Shown piece after piece: positions 23,829 through 64,000 of a stretch of 64,000 bases of DNA. The notes beneath the pieces are model-generated. The model ran no database searches. It was not told the DNA's origin and worked only from the letters and a program-made list of their open reading frames with translations. Positions within the stretch are counted from its first letter, which is position 1, and every line of letters begins with the position of its first letter. The DNA comes from Octopus bimaculoides (Eukaryota), in assembly GCF_001194135.2 (NCBI RefSeq), contig NC_068995.1:1806145-1870144 (forward strand). The letters run 5' to 3'. A program made the position numbers and the translations under genes.

Positions 23829-24299
23829 CAGATTATTATCAAGAAAAAATTGCAAGGGCTGTTAAAAGTGGGTGTATATGTGAGAAAAAGAGAAAGTGTA
23901 CTTGTATGATGTTTGTGTGTGTATGTGTGTTTCTGTGAATGTATATGTAACGTATATATATATCTAAGTATATTTTTGTGCACACTGAAAAAGATGTATA
24001 AATATGTATGTGTACATCGTATACATGTACATAACCGTCAACTGGGTGCACATTTGTTTAAATACACACACACACACATACACACAAAGCAGAAAAATGT
24101 ACATGTATGTGTGTGTATTGATGTTTATACATATATATATGTAAGTATATATGTGTGTGTGTGTGTGTTTGTATGTGCATATACATGTGTGAGTTTGCAT
24201 GTGTTTGTATTTGTGTATGTGTGTATGTATATATATGCACACATATGCCTGTGTATATACATAAACACACACACATATATGAATATATACTTATATATA

Positions 24300-24455
24300 T
24301 ATATCATCATCATTATCATCATCGTTTAACGTCCGCTTTCCATGCTAGCATGGGTTGGAGGATTTGACTGAGGACTGGTGAAACTGGATGGCAACACCAG
24401 GCTCCAATCTAATTTGGCAGAGTTTCTACAGCTGGATGCCCTTCCTAACGCCAAA
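24300..24455 (-). mobile_element. Young family A SINE copy downstream of the RhoGAP stop
   Basis: Sequence near-identical to the 9520 and 11526 copies. Confidence 0.85.
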
Positions 24456-24721
24456 TATATATATATATAATCTTGATGTGTAACTGACATATTTCTCCCT
24501 CATTGTGAAACTAGACCAGCCTGGTTACCACATTTGGTTTAAAGCCCTTGTTCTGTTCTCACAGCAAAGGCTCGAGTGAACAGGGTGTCCATAAACTACA
24601 CATACAATTTAAAGTGGAAAAGTGTGGAACTTGCAAAGATAATATCCGGACATCCTACATATTTATTAAACATATGGGTGTAACTGTGTTTAATATATAC
24701 ATGCATACATATATGTAGTGT

Positions 24722-24770
<49 letters not shown>

Positions 24771-25574
24771 TATACATACATATTTATATATATATATATA
24801 TTTGTATATAACTGTATATGTATGTGTATGTTTATGATTATGTGTGTGCATGCATGTGTGTATATATATATATATGCGTGTGTGTATGCATGTGTGTATA
24901 TATATATATATGCGTGTGTGTATGTGTGCAAATAATCTATGCCCTCGATTTGTGATTATATGTATGTGTGTGACTCAGTATGTAGGAGTTTGTCCGTGTA
25001 TCTGTACATGTGTGTATGTGTTTATACGTACGTATGTGTGTGTGTGTGTATATAGTTTATGCACTCAATGTATAAAATATTGCAGCAAAACTGTATATAA
25101 TGCACAAGGAAATAATCAGCAGCAAAAATAAATGATGGAATGAGAGGAGAAGAAGCAGTTAAGAGTAAAATTACGAAGTGGCCAATATTTTATTGTTATA
25201 TAAGTCTTTTTTGTTATATATTTTATTTGTTGTTTTTTAATCAAGGTAGATAACTCTACAAGCCTTGAGATACGATTCTGAAAAAACAAAATCATTACAA
25301 AAAAAAAATTAATAAAAGCGTAAAAATATATAAACAGTTGAAAGAAAACAAATAAAAAAAGAAGGCATGAGCCTGAATTATGAAATTGGTTGAAATAGAT
25401 TTATACATACACGCATACATACATACATACAGACATACATGCACATGCATACATACACGCATACACACATACACACTTGCATGCATGTGTGCATACATAT
25501 ATGTACACATGATTATGTGTGTGTGTGTGTGTGTTTACATGCACACACACACACATATGGCCTTCAAGCAGCAG

Positions 25575-26260
25575 CCCTCTCCAGCCTCATAACCATCTGA
25601 ATTGAATCTAAGACCCTGTTCAAAGATGTGGGGTGACATGACATCACCTTCACTGGAGACACACCCAAGACCATCACAGTTTGTGAGACCTTGGCTTTCA
25701 TGACATAGGACATGGATTATAGGCATGTCGTCTGTTATTGTGGATGTTACACAACTGGTCCCAGCAGAAGTTCTTTTCTTCTGAGAAGGACCAGATCCTC
25801 CCCCAGCTCACACGATGCCTCACTTTGTTCATGAGCTCCTTTTCCTTTGCCAAGTGGTTCTCCTTGGTCTTGGTCATAAGAATTTGTCCCTTACACTTCT
25901 TGTATGATTGGTAGAAGAGGTCCTCATTGAGGGCCAGCTTTATTGTGACAACTTAAAAACTCATCTCTCTCACCGAAGCCTAGATTTCCTTGCTTGGATC
26001 TTCCATCACCTTGTTCTTCAGTTGTTGGCTAAATTCCAGTGTGCAGACACAATCAGAATGCCCTGTTGTGTCCGTTCCTGCTGGCCATGGCTTCACAGTC
26101 TCCATTGCAGCTGTCCGTGTCACATCTTACACCCTTTCCACTGTCCACAAAGCTTTGAGTAACAATCATTCTGCCATTGGCTTTTTGATACCTGGCACAA
26201 AGCGTCCTGATACAAGTCAACCTTTCCTCAATATTCAGATGGCTTCCAATTCTCCATGTC
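25575..26260 (-). mobile_element. Degenerate maT/DD37D (Tc1/mariner superfamily) transposase remnant
   Basis: Minus-strand translation with stops and frameshifts: NGDCEAMASR...SDCVCTLEF...EDPSKEI*...NEDLFYQSYKKCKGQIL...IWSFSEEKNFCWDQ...NNRR...GCVSSEGDVMSPHIFEQGLRFNSDGY; truncated before the second catalytic D. Confidence 0.85.
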
Positions 26261-27156
26261 AGATAATTTCTTTCTCATCTACAACTTCGCCCTTTATGCT
26301 TTCCAATGCCATAGAATATTCATCAATACATCAAGCTGATCCTGAAAAAAGGAGACATAAAAAATCGTCTAATTTAACCCAAACACCTTCTGTGCATGTA
26401 TGTTTCTATGTATGTATAACACGCACACACATACACACACAAACACACACATACACACACATTTCTTATTTCCCCCTCTCATCAGGTATTTGGTGACATT
26501 ATTAGCATTAGCAATGGAATGAATATGATGTAGAACTTTCTTGAACAATGAAGAAGAAGAAAGAAATGAACATATTGATGGAGTGGAATGGTGAGGTGGT
26601 GGGGGTGGCTTGTTTTATGACACACCTGTTTAGAATACTGCTCACCTGTATGCATGATGATGATGGACTACATGAGTCAGCAAGTGACCTACATGATGTT
26701 GCTTGGTTTGTTAGAAATAGCAGCAGAGTCTTCCTCATAACACACCTTGCTCTCTTAAAAAGGAGCAATGCATTAGATAGTGTAGCTTTAGATAGTCTTA
26801 AAGAGGTGAGGTGGTCATCTCTAGATTGTCATTTCTCAGATGCCTACTCAACCAAGATTAACATGGAGATTTGGCAACAACAGAGATTATATTTCATTTT
26901 GCAGAATTCTGCCAAAGTTGGAACTTTGGGAGCAACAAACGAAACCCCTTATATTATCTAATCACTTCCCTTTATGTTCTGAGTTTGGTATTACTCTAGG
27001 TTTCACTTTACATTCCACCCTTTCTGGGGTCAATAAAATATGTACCAGTGAAGTACTGGGGTCGATCAGATTGACTAAACCCCTTCCTTTAAAATTACTG
27101 CCCTTGCCTGAAAATTTGAAACTCTTCTTTTTCTTGTTGTTGCTGTTGTTGTTGTA

Positions 27157-27188
<32 letters not shown>

Positions 27189-29489
27189 AGGTGGCGAACT
27201 CGCAGATTCTTTAGCTCACTGGAAGGAATGGTTAGTGGTATTTTTCCCGTCGCTACATTCTGAGTTCAAATCCCACCGAGGTTGACTTTACCTTTCATCT
27301 CTTTCTGATGAAATAAGTGCCAGTTATGCACTGAGATTGATGTAATCAATTAGTCCCCTCCACCAACATTTTAGGCCTTGTGCCAATAATGGAAACGATC
27401 ATTATTATTGATATAATTATCAGATTTTAAAATATTTTTCAATAAGATGGACAAGTAACAGTATCGAGTTTTATTACCAATTTAAACATCAGCAAATTTT
27501 TAAAACAAGTTTATTTTATGTTTTCAGATATATACAAGTGAGGTTGTCAATAAAGTCACATTTTAAATTCATCAAATTAAAAATAAATATTGCTATTGGT
27601 CATTAATCATCGCAAAGAATTTTATCAAACGATAATTTATAATAAACATACATAAAACAACATATTTGATGATCAGGAAATACGACGATATTTGGAAATT
27701 AATAATGTTTATTACTCATAGAACCCAATATGTTTGACCAGTTGCATATTGGTTGCGTGTAAGCTGATTTATTCAAGTTTTAGATAGAGTTTTAAGAATG
27801 ATTCAACATCATAGACGAATACTAGTTGTATAAAAATATTTCTTTTTGCTGGAGTAAATATATTTCTCTGTATATCCAACCATATCACTTGTGCCATGTG
27901 AATATGTTTTTAACAGAAAATAACTAAAATGGCGAGTGCTCTTTGTAAAGGTAGAGAATAAGGTCAGCAGAGTTATCTACCTTGTCTCAAAGTCATTTCT
28001 CGCAGTAACATTAAGAATTCTAACATTTGTTGGCAATCGCCGCTACGAAGTGGAATTGGTATGTGTAGGGCTATTATCAGCCAGGCAAACTGGGCTAAGG
28101 AAAGAGTTCTCTGATTGAACCAGGAACTCTCAACTATGTCTACCACACCGTTTGATCCCATCGTCTAGCACCATAGCTAAACAGCTTTTGTTCCATACCT
28201 TTCAGCTATTTGGAGTTTCAGGAATCGGTGATCAGGTGGTAAAATAATTGTAACGTATGTGGCAGGAAGAGAGAGAACGTGTGTTCAATCCCTGTAAATA
28301 CCTGTCCTATTATTTTATTCTTTTATTTTATTTTCCATCTTGTTTTTGTCTTTACAAATTTTCATTTCAAATATTTTCGTCTTCACTGTCATCTTTGGCA
28401 TTATCATTTTAACAGGTTTACTTAAAATTTAACACACACACACACACAGAGGGAAAATAGATGAGATCTCAGGATGTTAAATGTTACAGCGAAAACGATG
28501 CCTGATTGCTCCAGATGGAGATTTTTCATACAATGTACACTTTCAGGTCAATAGAAGTTTGGAAAAATAGATATTAAAATGTTGAAAGTTATGGTAAAGA
28601 TGAAGACGATTGTGATATGTATATACCGGTACATAATATATACATATATGCATACATACTTATATATATATATATACACACACACATACAAACATACATA
28701 CACACACATATATATAAATATGTATGTGTGTGTATATCCACTACCACCATCTCCACCACCAATACCCTCATATTAATTCCATCTGTATGAATTCATTCAT
28801 AAAATCACATCAAATCACAACTAAGAAACAATTGCAGCCTCCCCCTTAAAAACAAAAAAAAATTACTAAAGACAAAATACATACATAAAAATAAAACTTT
28901 AAAACTATATAATTTATGATAAAAAAAAATACAATTAAGTCTTCTCACTAAAAATTGATTTTAAAAAACTGCTTTATTTTGTATTGTTTTTCACCAAAGC
29001 TCAAAGCAAATGTTTATAAAAATCTGGAATCTACCCAGCCCTGGGTGGAGAAACAGGTTTGGGACAAAGTTGAAGGTTTTCTTTGTCTCTGTTATGTTTT
29101 GCTCACCTTAAAAAAATAAAATAAAATAAAAACTACAGAGGTGAAGTGGGGGGAGAACAACCTCACTCCCCCCCCACCTAAAAAATACAACAAAACTGTT
29201 ATATTTTGTGAATCAAGTGAATAATAATAATGTTCATTCTTTACCGTGTTCTTTGGAAATAATTTTCAGAGAGAAATAAATGATAGATTTATTGGAGAAT
29301 TCCTTGTTTTTTGTTGTTTCCATTTTGGTATGTGTTGTGTTCTTGGCATTTTGTTATTTTGGTATTTCCTTGGTTATGTATTACATGAATGTATCTACCT
29401 TAGAATATAGAGTGACCCTATCACTGACAGTACTCCTGTCACATATCTCTCTCATTGTTTATCTCTATTGTGAAGGCCCATGGTTTAGT

Positions 29490-29800
29490 AGTTAGAATAT
29501 CCAGCTTAAAGGCGTAAGATTGTGAGTTCAATATCTGGTAGCACTTTGAGTCCTTCAATAAGGCACTTCGTTTCACTTTGCTCCAGTCCACTCAGCTGGC
29601 AAAAATGAGTTGTACCTGTAATTCAAAGGGGGCCAGCCTTGTTACACTCTATGTCTCACTGAACCTCCCTGAGAACTACATTAAGGGTATGCATGTGTCT
29701 GTGGAGTACTCGGCCACTTGTGTGTTAATTTCACAAGCAGGCTGTTCCGTTGATCAGATCAACTGGAGCATTCCTTGTTGTTACAACTGATGCAGTTCCA
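29490..29800 (+). mobile_element. Longer tRNA-derived SINE (family D)
   Basis: GTAGTTAG..GTGAGTTCAA head followed by a CORE-like segment and a unique body. Confidence 0.55.
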
Positions 29801-30431
29801 GTTTTATCATTCTGTTCTCTATCTTACAAACCTCTGTCACACATGCTGCTCACACTTAAAGAGACTGGAACGTGAGCAAAGATGTAAGGTCCTTTCAGCT
29901 TTGTTAAGGACATGGGGACCTCACTAGTGCTGGTGCCATGAAAAATGCACTCACTGCCTTATATTAACCACCACAAGGCCCAGTCTTTGTTGCAGTGTAG
30001 TTATTTGTGTCTCAGTGACCTTGAGACCTCTGCCAGCCGAGTGAAATCTCTTAGTAGGGCTTCACTTGTGCCTAGAAAAAAAGCAAGGATACAGAAGCAT
30101 CAATGCCAATTCAAAACCAACTGGACCTCAGAGAAGAAAGCCCTCCCTTAAGAAAACATATGACATCATCATCATCGTTTAATGTCCACTTTCCATGCTG
30201 GCATGGGTTGGACGGTTTAACTGGAACAGGTAAACCAGAGAGCTGCACCAGGTTTCAGTTTGTTTTGGCTTGTCTTCTATGGCTGGATGCCCTTCCTAAC
30301 ACCAGCCACTTTACAGAGTGTGCTGGATGCTTTTTATGTGCCACTGGGAGAGGTGCCATTTACAGGACACTGGCAACAGCCACGACTAATGTTTCACTTG
30401 GCTTAACAAATCTTCTCAGCACAATCCAAAA

Positions 30432-30560
30432 GGCCACACTTTAAGGAAACCAACTCCCTGCATTATACATCAGGTTATATCTGGAACCCACAAGTGAGAT
30501 GGAAGAGAGGACACCCTAAAAAACAGCTGAAGGCAGAGCTAAAAAACAGAGAAGCATAAC
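30432..30560 (+). mobile_element. RTE-clade LINE ORF C-terminal remnant
   Basis: GHTLRKPTPCIIHQVI/WNPQ/RWKRGHPK with frameshifts, resembling the RTE terminal motif GHTLRK...TRQALTWNPQGKRKRGRPK. Confidence 0.65.
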
Positions 30561-32689
30561 GTAGTTTGAGATAAGAGAAATAATCATGGTTGACATATCC
30601 TTTGGTCATAATTCTACTTGTTTAAAGCTGCCTGGGGTTTTAAAACACCACCATTACTAACAACAACAACAACAGCTACTACTTTACTGATGCAAGCTAC
30701 TGAAAGATCCTTTGCATGGTTGATCAAACTGCTAGAAATGGCAACTAAATCACTCAGTGTGTTATTGGAAAAGAACATTGGATTATTAAGTCGTGATGGG
30801 GTGGTCACTGTTGGGACGCTTTTGACATAGCTCTGAACAATGGTTAAGCAACACCTCAAAATTTTGTTTTACTGATATGCATTTCAGTTTGAGACCAAGG
30901 TTGACTTAGTCCATTGTTGCTTCAAGTGTGATATGAGATATAAAATAAAACAAAAGATAAAAAGCTGTGGAAGATGTCTTGATCGAAGTGGTGTAAACCA
31001 GATTGTTATCTGATGTGAAGAGTCAAAAGATTATTTGATGACATTTGATTGGCTGGTTTAGATGACCTGTAAGGTCAGAATGATCAGTGGCTGCTGCTGC
31101 TGCTATTGAAATTGAGGTCAGCCTCAATCAAGCTGACCCATAATCAAAACCATTCCAGTCATTACCATCCTGTCTTTTATTAACATGTTGTGTATCTAAG
31201 ACAACATTATCTAAATGTCCTGGGTCTGCTGTTTTCAAACCGATACAGTGTGATTTTGAGGAAGATTTAGCTGCTTTTTCTAGCAGGAGAAGCAGCCATG
31301 TAGAAACTCTATGGGTGGTTCATGATTGCTGTTGTTACTTTGTCGCTAATGGTAATTGCTTGAGACACACAAAAGAATTCGGTATGGGAAGATCACAAGA
31401 AATATATTGGCGCTAGAAAAATGGTTTGTGTGTGTGTGAAGAACACAGTATAATTCTCAAACCCAAAGTACACAGGAAATGTAATATTGGTGCTAATAAT
31501 AATAACAATGACTTTACTTGAAAACACAACATAAGAATGACTGAGGGAAGTTTCAAAAGACACAATTACAAGTTCATCTTTTTAAACAAAGGAAAGAGGA
31601 ATGTCACTGCTATTTGAAAGCTATATTTGGAAACTGAAAGTCCAGGGAATTAATATGTTAAATATCTTTTTTTGGCTATACTGACCTAAAACAATATACA
31701 CCAATGGCATCAAGATTTGCAATCTATGTATTACAAAGAAAACTTTCCATTTGATATAAACTCAAGACCTCAGATAATTATTTATATATGTATAATTATT
31801 TATATATGTATAATTATTTATATATGTACGATGGGTTTCTCTCAGTTTCTGTCAACCAAATCCACTCATAAGACTTTGATTGGCCCGAGGATATAGTAGA
31901 AGACACTTGCTGAAGGTGGGACTGAACCTGGAACCATGTGGTTGGGAAGCAAGCTTCTTAACACACAGCCATTCCTGTGCCTATATATATATATCTGCAT
32001 ATATATGTTTGTGTGTGTGTGTGTGTCTGTCCTACCATCAATTGCCAATCAGTGTTAGTTTCTTTACATCTCTGTAACTTAGCTGTTCAGCAAAAGACAC
32101 TGATGGAATAATTTCCAGACCTTAAAGAGTAAGTACCAGGGTCAATTTGTCTGACTAAAGCCTCTCAAAGTGGTGCCCCAGGAAGCGAACAGTCCAATGA
32201 GTGAAACATCTAAAAGATAAAAAGTATATACAGACATACATACACATGTATACACTCACAAATACACACACATACACACATACATATGCGACGGGCTTCT
32301 TTCAGTTTCCATCTACCAAATCCTATCACAAGGCCTTGGTTGGCCTGAGGCTATAGTAGAAGACATTTGCCCATGGTGCTACACAGTGGAACTGAACCCA
32401 AAAACATGTGGCTGGGAAGCAAGCTTCTTACCCCACATACACACACACATACATACATATATTTATATAGACAAAAAGCATTGACTACACTCTTGGAGTG
32501 GTTGGCGTTAGGAAGGGCATCCAGCTGTAGAAACCTTACCAGATCAGCTTGGAGCCTGGTGCAGCCTCCTGGCTTGCCAGTCCTCAGTCAAACCGTGCAA
32601 CTCATGCCAGCATGGGAAGTGGACGTTAAACGATGATGATGATGACAGATACTACTACTACTACTACTATTACACGCGCGCGCACATGC

Positions 32690-33328
32690 ATATATAAAGG
32701 GGAGCATCCGTTATAGCCTTAACCAACCACTGCGAACCCGATATGACCACCACCACAATAACAACACTATATTACAACTACTACTACTATCACGAATAGC
32801 TCCTCGATCCTGTAGAATCACCACTTCACTGCTACATTACACTTTTCCCTACGACGCTACCACTCTACTACTACACTACTATAATTAACCTTACAATACC
32901 GACACACCTCTCCATTATAAGTGGGAGGTGAGACGAGTTACGGGCAGTTATTTCGTCGACTTGTCACCAGGTGACGCTGTTATCGTTACTTATAAAATGG
33001 CGATTCTCTTCTTCTTCATTCCGCTTCGTCTCTCCTTCAAATAACCGTTTCTATTTACACAATTATATCCATAAATGTCACCTCTCTACTGAATTCGACA
33101 TACAACACATTGGCTGGAACATATATATTATACTGTGCGTGTGTCTTTCTCATACAACACTGGACTGGGTGTATATATATATATATATAATGTCACTTCA
33201 TTGACTGGGATATATATACATATATAATATATACACACACGTATATATACACACACATATATATACATGTATATGTTGTCTCTGTCGTGAAACACATTGG
33301 ATTGCGATATATAAAGCACCGTTCTTCG

Positions 33329-33372
<44 letters not shown>

Positions 33373-33440
33373 CATAATTTATTAATTTGTGTATAGAGTG
33401 TTATTGTGGTGGTCGTCTTCTCTCTGATGGAGTTGCAGTG
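32690..33440 (+). promoter_or_regulatory. Probable VPS50 promoter / 5' region
   Basis: Locally CpG-retaining unique sequence just upstream of the first coding exon; TATAAAA and YY1-like AAAATGGCG at 32991-33002. The TSS is not determinable from sequence. Confidence 0.45.

Positions 33441-33441
<1 letters not shown>
33427..33441 (+). promoter_or_regulatory. 4-codon uORF (MELQ*) whose TGA overlaps the VPS50 ATG
   Basis: ATG GAG TTG CAG TGA with TG|ATG overlap at 33439-33443. Confidence 0.6.
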
Positions 33442-63093
<29,652 letters not shown>

Positions 63094-64000
63094 GTGAGTA
63101 GTCATCAGAGACTTTATTCAAGTGGATATTGGGACAGTTACTTTGCTCCTGTGGTTAAAAAGGGTCTCAAGGTGAATACTGCAGCCAGTGCTGTCCACCT
63201 CTGGCTATTTAAGACAACAGAATGAGTTTTATGCATAATTTTGAACCCATGTGCTCTGTGTCTCTACATAGTATGGTACACTGTCCATTGTACTCCTCTG
63301 GTTGGTTATAAGGATCACAAAGTAAGGCGTGGTCAGTTAAAAAATGTTTAACATGACTAATGAGTGTAAAGTATTATCACAACACAATGCTGATAGCTAC
63401 AGTTCATTGGTTAGACTGTGGTCAGCGTAGGTGTTTATAAATTTATCTTATCCATGTAGTCGGTCTAGAAATGTGAAGTTATAAGTTGATATGGCCATTG
63501 ACTGACCAGAAAACACTACACAGTTTAGCGTTATGAAGTTAACGTTTTGGCTTCAGGCTGTGTGCAACGGTATTCAGGGGTCAGTGTATCTTTTTCAGAG
63601 GATTAGTCACATGTCTGTGTGTCACTGTCCCCCTTTGAGTACTCATTTCTTTAATGGATTTTTTTCCAGAGGAGTATACATGTGTGCCCCTCTCTCTGCA
63701 GAATCATAAAGGACTCCCTCTGGTCATGACTGACCATGGGATTACACCTAGAAAGTTACCGTCTGAGGCACAAGTCCTGGCAAGGTTGTTTTTGGAAGAC
63801 CAGCGGTCATCCATTCATACCAGTCTCCACGCCACTGATGTTATCCGAGGGAAAGGCAAAGGGGCCGATACAGCTTGATTGCTAAAGCTGAGTGAACTGG
63901 AGCAACATGAAATAAAGTGTCTTGCTCAAGAACACAACACACAGCCTGGTCTGGGAATCGAACTCACAACCTCATAGATACTCTCACTTTAGTGTCTCTT

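Noticed and set aside
26548-26961. 137-aa plus-strand ORF in the intergenic region
   Set aside because: No recognisable domain, no supporting splice chain, and composition is not clearly coding.
29095-29140. Minus-strand T-tract + AAG|GTGAGC resembling a ratchet site
   Set aside because: No minus-strand host gene can be shown, so the motif has no supporting context.
30614-30859. Overlapping 70-81 aa ORFs on both strands
   Set aside because: No convincing motif and interrupted by a triplet repeat; at best a decayed LINE.
63654-63878. ORF beginning ...EEYTC as the missing VPS50 terminal exon
   Set aside because: Beyond EY it has no similarity to the VPS50 C-terminus, it would need an atypical GAG acceptor, and the sequence looks like an interspersed repeat.

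Overview
Eukaryotic genomic DNA with six N-gaps, very rich in microsatellites and SINEs. The repeat families and gene sequences suggest a cephalopod, most likely Octopus (inference). Two plus-strand spliced genes can be reconstructed by hand with canonical GT-AG boundaries and consistent intron phases. (1) An ARHGAP6/36-family RhoGAP: 12 coding exons at 1221-23665, 741 aa from the ATG at 1223, intact arginine-finger motif, C-terminus WQRERW...ETLV. (2) Syndetin/VPS50 (EARP subunit): 24 visible coding exons at 33441-63093 (898 codons). One short exon is probably hidden in the 43961-44340 gap and the last exon lies beyond the window. Introns and the intergenic region hold several SINE families, remnants of maT/DD37D and mariner transposases, an R4/Dong-type REL endonuclease fragment, RTE and CR1/L2 LINE ends, and hAT- and piggyBac-like MITEs. 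Most entries in the ORF track are microsatellite artefacts. I found no CRISPR array, rRNA or true tRNA, and no clearly novel multi-gene system. The best leads are regulatory or isoform-level: a phase-compatible alternative last RhoGAP exon encoding a membrane anchor, a near-perfect inverted SINE pair around RhoGAP exon 2, a possible recursive splice site, a stop-start uORF on VPS50, and a repeated CLEAR/M-box-like 18-mer. All are hypotheses that need RNA data.
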